A stretch of DNA of 64,000 nucleotides, taken from positions 15,004,001 through 15,068,000 of the forward strand of contig OZ249443.1 in the NCBI GenBank assembly GCA_965235115.1, given 5' to 3'. The translations under genes were made by a program, and so were the position numbers. The DNA comes from Laetmonice hystrix. Lineage: Eukaryota. The notes under the pieces were generated by a model. The model made no database searches. It was not told the origin of the DNA and saw nothing but the letters and a program-made list of their open reading frames with translations. Of this stretch, positions 38,903-52,992 are shown in pieces; the stretch's first letter is position 1, and every line of letters starts with the position of its first letter.

Positions 38903-40428
38903 GGGTATCTGTGAGATGTATGTGTGCCAGGTCTGGAGACCAGAGAGTAGGAGTTAGGAATAGGTTTTGGATGAAGAAGCGATACGTTTTCACTTTCTCT
39001 CACCAGATTTAGTGGCGATGTTACCATGGAGACAGAACGTTCAAAGACCTACTTGTAGATTGAAGGACACTCTCAAGGTTATTTCAGCGAATTAAAGTCT
39101 TATTGATTCCACTTTATTATCGGGGTAGATACGATGACATTAGATTATGTGGTGTTAGTTTATTTGACTGAATGTGGCGTGTATTGCTTACGCTGTACGA
39201 CGTGTAGGCGTGCATTCACACAAGACGTTTGGAGTGTGTGTTATGGGGTGTGTTTTAACCGCATGCGTGCGTGCACTGCATGTCAACAAGTCGCTGGTTG
39301 TGTGTCCAAGAATGGGTGCAGTGAGGTGTCAAACGTTTACACAGTTTACGGTGACCCCCCCCCCCCCGGCTGATGTATCCTTGCTATTTCCATTATGATC
39401 ATCGTCATTCATGACGTCTATAATTATTAAATCCCTCGTCAAGATATATGTCGTATTTCTCTAAGGGTGGCTTAAATTAATAAACTTTGTCCTGAAACAA
39501 CTCTCACATTTGGTGCATGAGAATTTCGATTTTGTTTCCTTAAGAGTTTTGGGGCAATTTGTGTGTAGCATGAAGGGGGGAAACTCAGTTCGTCATTTTA
39601 CCAATCTTAAGCCTGGATTTAAGACTGACTTGTGTCATGGCTGACTTCATTTGAAAAACCAATCAGAAGCTCTGAAACAAGAGTTCAGTCTTAATATTTG
39701 AATCTTAAGACTCGGTATGCAAATTCTTACAATCTAAAAAGACTCCGGAGTGGTTGGTTGGTGTGAGTTGTAGTTTCGGTGGGCAACACTTTGATTGATA
39801 AACCCATGTCAACATAAATCATGTAACTGTTATCAATCAAGTAACGAGCCTGGTTGGGCATGAGCCTGGGGTGAGGCGGGGACAGGCCTGGCTCACTCAG
39901 GTTGGTTTCACTGGGTCGGATGCACAACCAGGTTTCCATGGAGATTTAGATGGGGCGAAAGGGGTCTATACCAAATCTGTGGTACTTCAATGATTATTGT
40001 CATGGCGTCCAGCAATTCTTCAAAATATTTCTTATAGAATTGGTAATCGCAACGCAGTCCACTTCCATGCCGGTTATACCAAACAAACAAAAAAAAACAC
40101 CAAAAAAACCCGCAAAAAAGACACTTGACATTTTGGCCGGTAGCCATACCTTATCACCCCGTCCCAGTCCGATCTCACATGGGGAGAATGAGGAAATTAC
40201 CCTCAATGACATTACAGTTAAATCATGATTAATTCTACCACTCGTCCCTGTAGGCAGGGATTGCGAGTCGCCAACTTGTTTTTCACGTTCCGCCCCAGAT
40301 GTAACTCTAAATGCCACGTCTGTAGAAGAAGGCTGAGACTGAGACGCCACGTTCATACTCCCACCTTACCTGACCATATATGGTAGTGATACTCATACTT
40401 GACTAGCGTAAGGAGACTCGGGGCCAGG

Positions 40429-40637
40429 TACTGTATAACAGTTTAAGTTAGCGGGTAGAAAATTTAGTGAATTTTCAATATGGACTATTTAGCGGGTACA
40501 AATTTTAGCGATTTGAGAATTAGTACTAGTATGGAAGGCTTTATGGTTAAAATTTAGCGGCAACTATTGTTAGCGAAAATGGCAAATTGCTAAATTCGCT
40601 AAATTAAATACCTCGCTATAATTGCTTGTTATACGTA
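40429..40637. mobile_element. MITE-like element with internal tttagcg repeats
   Basis: Ends tactgtataac / gttatacgta; repeated (a)tttagcg motifs with inverted cgctaaat copies. Confidence 0.5.
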
Positions 40638-43600
40638 TACTGGGGGCCAGGGGACGGGACGCCGACATGCAGTGAATGACAACTCCGACTGAGTGGAGCT
40701 AGCGGAAGTGAAGTGGAACGCCGGGGCAAAGGGCAGAGGGGCATGACGGGAAGGGCCGGCTAGGGAGCCACGAATGGGGTGTGATTGGAGGGATACGAGT
40801 TGATGAAATCAATGAAAAACATATTTACTGAACCGCACACCTAATTCGTGATACACCTTTTAAAACTTTTTTTTCTAAACTTTTGAGATTTAATCGTAAT
40901 CTCAAAATCAAGATAAAACGCAAATATTAGACCAAATGATGCATAGCTTATCGGAAACAAGCGTGTTAGAAAGAGCTCTTCAAGTTAGGCCTTCAAGTCA
41001 ACGAAGTTCAATGTTTCAAAACATGAAAAAAACCACCATAATGTTTGTATACGTATCTGGGCCATGCCAAACACGATATGTGACGGATGTTTGATATTAC
41101 AAGGTAGCGCTGAATTGGTGCGCATCGTAAAGCCGGTCGTCTTGCCCGGGTTATACAAGATAATGACATGTTTGCCCACCTTCTTACATTCGGCATTGAT
41201 AAGGCTATATAATAACAACTGCAGACATATCAAATGTTCGCATAATGTAGGCAGAATCAATGTAAGTCAGATTAGAAGGATCGCTCAAGGCTGGAGACCT
41301 CGCCCGCCTTGCCCTCTATCGTGTTTCGGTGCATGGCCACTAGGGAGCACTACGAACGCTCTCCTGTAGATTCAGCCGCTGAACGACCGGTCACTGCAAT
41401 GTCGAGGTCAGTGGCCAGTACGTACGCTATCGTTTGTGAAGGCTAATAAAAGCGGAACACTGACCCAGCTGAAATTACTTCTAGATGTCGCCGCAATATA
41501 TACGGCTGCCATGATAGGCATATCGCTTGGCTGATTATACAGTTCGTGTTTTATACACACGCTAGACCGCCGTCCACGGGCCATCGGCGTCACTCACGCC
41601 CCCTACCGGGCTTTTGTGACACCAGTCCACCAGATAATGGCTGGAACTTCAATTGAAAACCGAACCTGGCACAGACCATACTTGAACTGATGTTTGGACT
41701 TTGAAAACGCTATCGTGAACAGGATAGAATAGTTCAAACTGCATGATCATGCAGAGTGGGAAAGTATTAGAAGTCATTCAAACCGAGGTTCTTTGTAGCA
41801 TTAAAACGTGATTAAATAAATATGAATGGAGCAAAGTGGGGAGTCCCGTTAGCTCAGAAATACCAACACCATGTTATAGTCGTCACTTAACATACACAAC
41901 TTTTTTGGTGACTTGTTACTGTGTGCTTGTTCTCCTTGTAGTCAGCCATCACTGACCGGCACACAAAACGATTATCTAAAAAAACTAACCTCAAAAATGT
42001 ACGCGCTTGTTTGTGCGTGGGATTCAAGGATCGTAATGTTGTTTTGCCTTCTGTGTTAAAACTTGCCACATGCCACCAAATTCTGCCGGAAGTGACGTCA
42101 GAGCGTCTCTTAACTTCAGTAAAATGGTTATATTGCCGTTTTTGATCAATGACGCTTTTGTTTCAGTAATTGAGATCACTTCTGAATTCTTCTGAGAGGG
42201 TCCAGTGCGGATCAGGTGACTACATGTGGTTGAAATCGTTTACCTCACACCTGTCAGTGTTTGACGTATGCACAAAAACGCCTTTGTTTCTCCTAAATAT
42301 AAACGTAGGCGTATATAAAACGGATTCGTTCTTCTCCCACAGAGAACTCAATGATACTGACTCCATTCAAATTAACCATGTAATCTGTAGTTCAGGTTGG
42401 TATCTTTCAAGAGGGGAATTTCCGAAACATTTAGATCTACTTACGGATCTTATAGCAGGTCAAAGTGCAAACATCACTATTTAATTTATACTAAAGAACG
42501 GGACTTGGAGACTATGTGGCTAAAGTGTGAACGTGGTGACAACCGATCTATAGATATTTTTGCTTTCAGTGTAAAAATAACCACCCACACACGCCGCCTT
42601 ACCGGGTCAACACGCTCAATTAACTTTTATTCTGAAACCATTTGTACGAGTTCTATTGTTTCCCCCGTTCCCTATTATCAGAATGTCCACAGGAAAACGA
42701 CAGTGCCGTAGATCTCATCTGATAATTATGGTTTTAACTCTGAAGGAAGGCTAAGGATGGGAGAAAAGCCAGGGGTCGTTCCGGTTACCTGGACAGATCC
42801 AGCCGTGTTTTGTCCGTTGCGGTCATGACCGCGCGTAGCGGGCACGAGGTGCCGCATGCCTGAGTCAGGTCGGACCTACCCGTACCCTAAACATCCCACA
42901 GCCGGGGCTCTATCTTTCTGTACGGTTTTTATTGAACTCCCTCAGCGACTATTCTTCTCGAGTCATTCATTCAGAAGTGATTTTCCTATCGACGGCTTGA
43001 CGCGAGCCACTTGTGTTGGAAGACGTCGGAACTGTCACACTGGGTGTGCACATCAAGTGGTCGTGTAGTCAGGTCATGACTCCTACATCTGTCACCAGGT
43101 GGCACTGATGAAGGATGGCAAGTACCCGGACGTTGGCCTCCCGACCTCTCAATCCATGTGTGAGGGATTTATATTAGTTAAATTACAAGCATTCAATTTT
43201 AGCCGCCGCTAAATCAGTGAAAAGTTTTGATAGGGAGATTTATCCTTTTCTATTTCTAAGAGGGGTTATTATTCATCATGGACAGTTTAGGCTACCAAAG
43301 CTTGAAAGGAATGTAGAGGGTTCTGAGTTGGTGTCCTTTAGCTAGCGTGTGAGTGTGCACGTAGAGATGTGAGAGTGAATATAGGACTTGGCTCTGTCAC
43401 AGATTCATGTTTACTCAACGGGGGAATATCTGTCATTGGAAGAATAAAACATGGATGTGGTGTTGTTTTCTAACTCGGCAACGAAAAGAAAGGAACTGTT
43501 TATTCTAGACAAGTACAAGATATAGGCCTAACTATGTTAACATTTTGTTATAAAAAGTTAGCAAACACCACAGAATTCCACTTCAAATTGCCTCGTGTAG

Positions 43601-44095
43601 AACCAATAAGATAGATGGTCATAATGTATGCTTTTTTCCAATTATTTCATTTTTTCACATGTGATGATATTCCTCACTATAACATACATTATAGATCTAA
43701 CATACAGTAGGCCATATAGATCTAACATACAGTTTAATAGATCTGTCACCTTCTGTCTATCTTTCCCAGGATAGAGTTATGGTTAGTCTCCACGCATTGA
43801 CGTCAAGGAAACACTATGTTCACATTGTTTCACTAAACAAGTCTGTTTACTCTGCTTTTAATGGTAAATACGGGGGTTATCTTTGCATACAATGCATACC
43901 CCCACGAAATATATCAAAAAACAAGAGTGACGGGCAAAGTGGAACTAAGATTAAGCATACGAGATGAAAAACAGGAACTAACACTCTATACGTGACAAGG
44001 ATTCAGTTCCAAATGGTTCATGGCTGGTTAGAAACAGAGAATTGCATCACGTCTGGATATCCAGATGACTTGATATCGAGAGACCATTTCGTACA

Positions 44096-44412
44096 TTTCA
44101 ATGGGATTTAGGCCTAAACATAGCGTTGGCAGGTCGCATATTTCAACAGGATTTACACCATTGCGTTGGCAGGTCGCACATTTCAATGGGATTTACACCA
44201 TTGCGTTGGCAGGTCGCAGATTTCAATGGGATTTACACCATTGCGTTGGCAGGTCGCAGATTTCAATGGGATTTACACCATTGCGTTGGCAGGTCGCACA
44301 TTTCAACAGGATTTACACCATTGCGTTGGCAGGTCGCAGATTTCACCAGGATTTACACCATTGCGTTGGCAGGTCGCAGATTTCAATGGGATTTACACCA
44401 TTGCGTTGGCAC
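44096..44412. repeat. 40-bp minisatellite, about 8 copies
   Basis: Unit atttcaatgggatttacaccattgcgttggcaggtcgcag. Confidence 0.95.
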
Positions 44413-47400
44413 GTCGCCGGCTCCACGCCCCATAATACGCTGTTGTAGGTCATTCTCTGATGGTAACATTCCTAGGAAATGTGGGGTAGCAGTTTGGGTT
44501 AGAGCAGGGGTAGAGATAGAAATGTTTTAGGGGGAGGTCTGGGGATCGGAAGGATCGATTAAGATTACACTTCGGAATCGGAATAAAGGTAGATTTTTAG
44601 TTCTTGGCACCAGATTTTGAGGATATATTGCCATGGGGGATCTACTGGATTGCAACTCGAGTCACTCAGCAGGAAGCCGCCTCGAAATCCACTTGCCCTG
44701 GAGCAGCTAACTGATAAGGGATTGTTGAATGGCAATATGAGAATACGTGTTCAAGCCCTCCTCGTCATCTTGTATGGAGTTAAAGCACAGGGACGAGCCA
44801 GTTGACTGTTCGGTAGGGGAAGGGCCGGGGGCAGGCAAGTCCTCAAATGGACCAGGACATGGAACGTATAGAGTCCAATAACTTCGTATGCCCAACCCAC
44901 CGCAACTTCAAAGGTCTTTTATTCATTCCAGACCAACTCATGCATTGTGACTTTATACCACCTTCAAATGTATCTTAATCTTCTTTATTGGGAACATCTT
45001 TACCGATTAAGTATTGCAAATTAAATGCTTTCAGTGTATGTGTGAATATCGCTGCAGGGCAATTCTACCAAAATACTTCCATTCATTGTACGCGTCCACT
45101 CGTATACCGCCAAGGTGTTTGAGTACGTCGCCCCATAACGTTACTCTACCTACCTTTCTTCAAAGCCGACTTTGCCCTGGAGAGATATGTTGTAAATTTT
45201 AGGCTGCTCTTGGAAATGCAACGAAAATGCCGAGCTCAAAAGGAGCAGTAAAGGTTTGGAATGTCAGTGACGTTGCCTGGCAACGCCATGACGTCAAGGT
45301 GGTTTGTGAATATGCAAAACACTGTCTGACTCATACCTTGACATATTGGGGAAAAAATTGGTGGGGCATATGGTCGAGGCCTGGGTGTATAGTAAACAAA
45401 TGCAAGTGGGACAATAAACAATATGATTAATATACTGTCCCTGTATGGTGGCGATCGATACGGTCATCTAGGTTATAAGGTGAACGAAACAATTAATCTA
45501 ACCCGTATATAAAAATATATATAAAAAATTAATTTAAAAAAATGCATGAACGCCGCAAGGGGGAGCGCCATGGTGAATTCGGTCTAATGTAACAAACAAC
45601 AGTTCACCCTGAAGCCTAAGATGTACACATCGTCTGTCCATCCGTCAGGCAGTCAGTCTGCCGGCCGGCAAAATGACCTCTTTAGTTTGATGTTTTCTCC
45701 TAGTGACGAAAGTCTGTCATTAGTAATCCGCCCACGGAGGTCGAGTATATCCCTCCTGACGTGACACACAGCATACCCTGGATCTGAACAACCTGTAACC
45801 TTGCTTTACCACACCGCATACATAAATCCTTGCAGTAAAAAAAAACAAAAAACATACATGAACTTCATATAGCGGAGCAGTGAGAGACTGAATGGCCCTG
45901 TTATAGTCAGTATTTGAGCCATTAGTATTCAGGGCAAGGATATAACTTTCAAACTTATTCAGTTATGGGACCTATTGTACCCTCGAGTCCCGTGGTCATG
46001 AAGATAGGGATGAAGTGAGAACTTAAGTAACCCGTCGCCGGCAGGCAACATTATTTTTTTAAATGGAAAGGGGGTTTTATGCACAGCCTACAGACACGGC
46101 TGGAGATACCAGCACCAGCGATGACCCTCTTGTGGAGCACTGGGAAGGGCACTGAGAGATTAATGGTACTGTAAGGATTTAAATCGAAAACCATCTGTCC
46201 AACACACATGATTTTGCCCTCAGAAACTCTGTACCACTTCTTCACGCAAGCCCTCGCCCCATCTGTCGCCTCTTACCAAAAGCCTCTGGAGAAGCAGAGA
46301 TCATTATATCAGTGATATAACTGAATATGTCAGCGCGGTTTCCCTAGAAGCCATTTCCCGGTTAAGCCCCTTTCCAATTATAATTTTCCAGTGGTAGTTT
46401 CTCATCTGTTTTCAACAGGCCTACATCATATGCTCTTCGTTAAAACGATATTTTTTTATCTTGGGTATTTTGTACATCGTGAGGATCTGCCACATGAGAT
46501 GAATCAAAGTCGACGTATAGATACCATGTGTTGTTCATACGTTTTAAAGGGCAATGTATCATGCCGGACCCAGTCGTTCTCTCCCAGAGACTCCTAGCGG
46601 TGAACAGGGCTGAACAAAGGTGAACACCGACCTGTTCAATCGCTCTTGTCACCCGTGTCTGTCACCATGACTCCCTGGTCAGCGTGACAGCGGAGTGATC
46701 CCTGCTACCGTTCCCAGCGTCTCCATCTCTGACAGGTGTACAATACGTGCTGCCACGGGGGCCATTTCACAGGTAAAGCGGGGCTTGTTCAACACAGCTC
46801 CCCGGCCTGGACACCCACCACAAACACCCTATCATCTACAGGTGTGGGCCCTAACACTTCAACCATCGACCATCACCGCTACACTGGGCATTCTATACAA
46901 TATCAGATCCTCAGCACAGTTGCAGCCCAATGGTAAAATTGTAAGTGCCATTCAGGCCCCACAAAAGGGCCATTCACAGGGATAATTTGCTCAGGAGTTG
47001 TGGGGCCATAAAGACCAGTGAATGGGCGGATTCACACCTTCACAAGGACTCTGAGGGCATGCGGTACGGGACTGGAAGCAGAAAAAAACCACACATACCC
47101 ATACGTTATACTTCCTACCTTTTTATACCAACTGGTTTCATTGCAAATGTTGCCAATGCAGATGGAGAAAACGTGCCTCGTGTCAATTAAGGGGCGAGCA
47201 ACGAGTAGTTATAGTTTATATTTGATCTGTGAAATCGAAAATGTAAAAGTTGTAGTTTCCCGAGCTCGCCCTTGAACTGAAGACGCCATCTTAAAAATAA
47301 TGATTTACATTTTCCCTTTCATCCACAAGGATCGAGTTTGACCTCGCCTTATCAGTTGTATTATAAATTACACGCCAATTATATATGGGGACGGGTTATT

Positions 47401-50400
47401 ATCTTCGCCAACAATAGATCTGTAGTGATGCGTGCCTTACCATGCTTATACGACTGAGACAAAAAAAAGTTGTTTTTTTTTGGCTGAAGGTTTGACCTTT
47501 GACCTTTGATTGAAGCGGGTTGATTTGGCTGAGCGCGTCGCTGGCCCCACGCCAAACGATTCCGGTCGATGTACATGTGGCCTTTTAGGTTTACACAAGG
47601 AGGAGAGAGAAAAAGTTTCTAAATTCCCACAGGCTATGAACCCCTGGTTGGTTTTCAATGGCGTGACAGCGGGACCTTTGGACTCAAGGTCAAATATCGT
47701 GAGCATTATACAAACATATATAAAGACTGCTCACAGCTTTAGTTGGGTATACAATTAAAGGGTCATTTACAGTGTAAGAGATTTGATTTGACGGTCAATT
47801 ACAGCTTAAAGGGATTATACTGTTGTAATTATAGGTGTATACGGAACGGCTGAAAGGGTTAAATGTCCTGTAGGCGTGTCTTCACAAATTCAAGGGGACA
47901 TCTGCACGGAGGTGGAAGAAGGATATACAGCGATCGACTATAGAAATATGTACAGGTCATCTCCCGACTGTAACATTTCCACAAAATTGGGGATAGGTTT
48001 TAGAGGGCAGGGGCAGGGCGAGGAATTTATGTGTGTGTGTGTAGAGGACTAGGGTTAGGGGTTAGGATTGCGTTAGGGGCTATAGTGAAAGACTTTTATC
48101 ATTTTTGTTGATGGAATATTGCCATGGGGATCGACTCGAGCCTGACGTAGGACACAAGAGGTTTCCCTCCATGCAGATCATGAGTTCCCTGATAGAGATT
48201 GGGTGTTAGTTTTCACACAGACCACAAGGTGGTGTTGTGAAGATAGGGGGCGCCACTGGTAGGCACGGGGTGTGGTGAATGAACCCTATTGTCTCCCTCT
48301 CTTCCTTCTAGAATTCACCGCCATGTTATTGATCTACGTGTACCGGTGCCTGTTGTACACCGGCAGACTGTTCCCAGCCAGTGTCCTATCATATTGTTAA
48401 GAATCTGAAGGATCTATCCATATTACTTACGCCCTCAAAAACAAGGCTTCCTTTATTATAATGTATCAATAAAAATTCTGCTTTGATCGATGTATGTTGG
48501 AATATATCTGGGATAATTCAATGATTATATTTGATATGATTCTGAATCCATCATGGCCACCACAGCGCTGCTCGTGTGATCGATATATGTATATAGCCTA
48601 TATAAATACACACTTGGAGTGAATTATTGAAAAACCGATATTAAACTATATTATTCAAACATTCATTTCTGAATACACAGTTATACGTGCGACAGCTGAC
48701 GGTGACATATCGTGGAAATGCCAACTATTGATCACCTGGGAGAGTATGATTGAGTGTGAGGTCTGACACCGTACATCATATACAGAATTCTAATGCTGAG
48801 GTTAAAATAACAAATGGCAGAGTCGATCTGTGCTCCTGAAGCTGTCCAAGTTAATATATGATCCTTGCAATAACAGATTCTGGCTGTGAGAGTAGGATTA
48901 TAATATCATCACTGTAGATATAGTAAGCAAGACGTGTCAGATTAGATATTAGACCCTGACGAGCATAATATCATTGTATATCTCTGTCTATACAGAGTGT
49001 GCCCTGCGGCCGGAGTGGAGTGGTTGCGAATGTGTAGGGGCCTATACTATTATGTTGAGGACAAGTGGCATTGGTACATTTTGACACGTAATGCCAAAAC
49101 ACCATGTTGTTATGGTATTGCTGTAGTCTGGCGGTGCATTGTGTGAACGCCAGTCCCGTATCTCGCACCGTAGGCGACCTATCGATCAATCATATATTAA
49201 TCATCATGGCAACCAAATATTAAAATAGACCTGCAATATATTGTAACGCCATGTTTAGGGCATCACCTACACATATCTTGTCTCACACAAAGATTTAAAA
49301 CTTAGGTCTGATATATATATTTGGCGATAATTATAGTGTGGTTCTTGTTTCACTGATACGTCCACCCCTAGCTCCAGGATGTTGCCTAGGATAAGCTGGT
49401 AATTACTTCCAGGGTATGTACTTTGAGGTACTCGGGCTAAGTCTCCCAACATACAGCAACCTTTCCCTTTTTTTCTGTATGTTCATATAGTTACAGTATA
49501 ATAATCTATAGCAGAGGAGCAGTCCGCAGCTGTATCGTTGGGAGCAGTTCGCAGCGATGATGTATCTTTGGGGGGTCTATTATTCCCTCGCAATGCACTC
49601 TGCATATTCCAGGGGCGGAATTTTAGAATTTCAAAAGGGGGTAGGGGCAGGTGTGTTTGACCTTTCCCCCCAGACCGAGAAGACCTAATTTCCAGGGGCC
49701 TTTGACCTCTTTAGGCCCAAACGTTGAGGAGGATATTCCCGTCAGCAGCGCCCCTGTGCATGCTGCAACTGTTTACCGCATGTACACCCACCCAGATATC
49801 TCTGGGCCTCGATATACCTCTACTGCACCACCTGCACAGTAATTATCGATCAGTTATCGAACTGCCACTCATACATGGCTGGCTCTACTGTGATCTGCGA
49901 TCATGAAAGGCGCCGGCAACATGCACGATACAGGCCTACACTTCGACATTGAAACGAGGGAGAAATGCGTCCCGAAGTAGGTCTGGTCTACGTAAGGTCT
50001 TGAAGACCCTAAGAGTAAATTGATATAACCTTGAAGTTGCGGAAGAGAAGTATAAAAAATCTAGCAATGAATTTAGCCTTATAGTCTCGATCTATTTCTG
50101 AGTTTACAAAACCCATCAGAGCTTCTTCTCATCCCTACTTTTTATATGAGGTTCAGGACCTGGGGGAAACCTCTGTCATGATAGGTCCCCTGCTTATAAT
50201 CAATTGTACGGTTAAATGGCCTACTGTAGTTATATGAGATAGGTCTATAGCAAGCTATACGGCCTATAATAAAGAATATATCTAGGATTCCACTTTCCTA
50301 TATTATTGCCAATTATGTGTGTCCCGGGAGGCGTGAAATCTCTGGTGTAAACGCCCCAGGTCTGGAGCCCTGATCAATCTATTACAGACCGAGAGAAAAA

Positions 50401-52916
50401 CACCGGTTGGGTTCAAAATGGTCCGTGCACCCTGACTGGACGCCATGATTACTGAGTAAAGTGGTCGTCCTCCGCCCAGCCCGGGCCTAATACGTCAAGG
50501 TCATCGGGGTCAAGGCCGCGCTGACCTCTGGCGCCAGCCAGCCACTGATTCCTCAAACACTGTACGTACTTACGTCAGAAAATTATCACGACACCCTGCA
50601 GTGACATGAATTGATACAAAACAAGAGGTAATAGACCAGGAGTCTACTGAAATGACATGGGGTTGGTTTTTAGGGGAGGCATCCTGTTTATTAGATGTCC
50701 TACTGTTTTCCACGACTGACTAGCAAAGCTTCTGAAGAGGCGAAATCACAACGCTGATCCGCCTGTTATCGCTCACCCCTGCCCCTAATTCAGGGATTGG
50801 ATTTCGGTGTTTGACACACAATGAAAAATGATAAACCTACATGCTTTCCATTTTTTTCGAATTACTTGCAGATTGATGAAGTAGCCCTACCTCCTATCAG
50901 CTAGGTCATGAGTTTATCCCGACAGTAGACCTATATAAAAACAACAGGATTGCAACCTGATATTGTTCCATTTCTACAGATTATACACTGTAGTCTGTAT
51001 ATGGCCTACCTTCTACGTTATAAACAAGTAATTATACACAAACTTCTACGTCTGAGAGGAAGGGGAGGAGCCAAACTATTTTTAGAATTTAATTTATTTA
51101 AGTTTTCTGGAATTCTTTATAAATGCAGTATCGATTTCCTTCTATTAGAGTAACACTGGGACAAATGGTCGACGGAATAATCATGAACGTCAAACGCCAA
51201 ACTCAGTTACTACAATAAGTCGTCAAGGCCAACATTTTAATAAATTGATAGCAGACTTATTTTGATTTAATCAATGAGAGCATATTTTGATCTAGGTGTG
51301 TGTCGAATGGCCAGCGGCAAGGGCGTCGAAGTACGAGACTAAGTATGGAATTATAGGACAATGCCATTTTGATTGCTCCAGTGTTAGAGAAATAATACCC
51401 CAGGCGTTTGTTGTGTCGAGGCTCTCATTTACCTCCACCAACGCAGTCCATTGTTTCTGACATTTCAAAGGTTCCGATCCTGTTTGGCAAGTCAATATAA
51501 CTTTGTGGGTTCAAATACTGGTATGATTGGCACAGAAACATTTCGTGTTTGTCGGTACTGACTTCACAGTGGCTTCCTTATAGCTTGTATCACAAAGTCC
51601 TTATTCACTCACGCAGCAGGTCAATGGTTTGTGTTTTAGGGTTGAGGAATCTTGGCGTTAAGTTATATAAGCTATAGTGTGAGACTCTTGCTGCTGTTCT
51701 ATACATGCACGTATTTTAACAGCAGATTCGATAAAACCATATCATAAGAAATAACATGGCATTCCATAGTCTTCATATCTGTTTCTTTCACATGTATATC
51801 ATAAAAAACTTTATTGATCTTTCTGTACTTAACACTGTCTATTTTTCGTCACTGTTTATTCGTATATTAGTTTTTGTCAGATATGAAGTTGTTTGCCTTG
51901 TGAATATAGATAGTCTGATTCAATGTGATCTTGCCAACGTGACAAAACTATGTCTGCCTTTCAAATGCCACCACAGGATTGCAACGCCAGTTTTAGAGGA
52001 GTGACCTTATCCAGTCCAGACCTCCAAATCTGTATTATAGGACCGGTGGTCTAGTGAATGTAATGGTTTAAAATGGCCATGGTATGTCTCTAATATCATA
52101 GTCAGCAGAAAATATCACTTACATTTAATACGGGCTTTAAAACTGCTAACAGTATCTGGAAAAAAACTAGCAATATCTGGTGTATCTTGAATATTCTATG
52201 CATGCCAGTAGGGCGTGAGGATTTCATGTGAACCTCTTAGTCCTCGTATTATATCTTAAAAAATACAATAATGATTTGTTTAACAAATTGTTAAAGGAAG
52301 CACGTAAACGCCATGGGAAGCATGAGTTGTGCACGTGCAGCGTCTCTTAAAAAAGACGTCGTCTGCTATACAAACATATTGTCGTCTGCCTTTCAATGAA
52401 AATCCTCGCGTCGCCCGGATTTTGCCGATACGTTTTACATGTTAATACACCTGAGGTAAAGTGCGGAGCAACGGAATATATCGGAGAACATGGCTGAGTA
52501 GAACGTTCCCATGACCTTATGGGTGGCGTTAGAGGCCCGTGTATTCTAGCATGTATTGACTCGTCGATGTGGCCAACATACGTATGCAGCAAAGGCCGCG
52601 AACGTTGCGGTTATGTATGCCGGTGAAGTTGGCAGTCTGGGGAAGGCCATTGTGAACTGCATCCCGCATTACGCCAACTGAATGCTGATTGTGGCATACC
52701 ATCCCTCTACAACCGTCCGTACTTGACTGACCTTCTGCAGGCCATCCGCCATGTCATCTAAATAACCGACGTCCAAAAAAAGATTTTATATTTGACTTAT
52801 GTTGAAATGCCTGCGTGCCTGGGGCATTCCGATATTATAGGGTTTAATGTTTAAATGTGACATCATGGATGATGTAGAGTTATTGACGTATTTTGTCTTT
52901 TCAGTAATAGCCAAGC

Positions 52917-52920
<4 letters not shown>

Positions 52921-52970
<50 letters not shown>

Positions 52971-52992
52971 GAAAAGAGACAGAGAGAGAGAG
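52921..52992. repeat. (GA)n microsatellite
   Basis: Directly visible. Confidence 0.95.

Noticed and set aside
38105-38993. 166-aa and 251-aa Pro/Cys-rich ORFs
   Set aside because: Translations of the 22-bp G-rich minisatellite; no splice or homology support.
45227-45430. ORF containing GAVKVWNV, reminiscent of a WD40 repeat
   Set aside because: Single short match without the rest of the repeat or neighbouring repeats.
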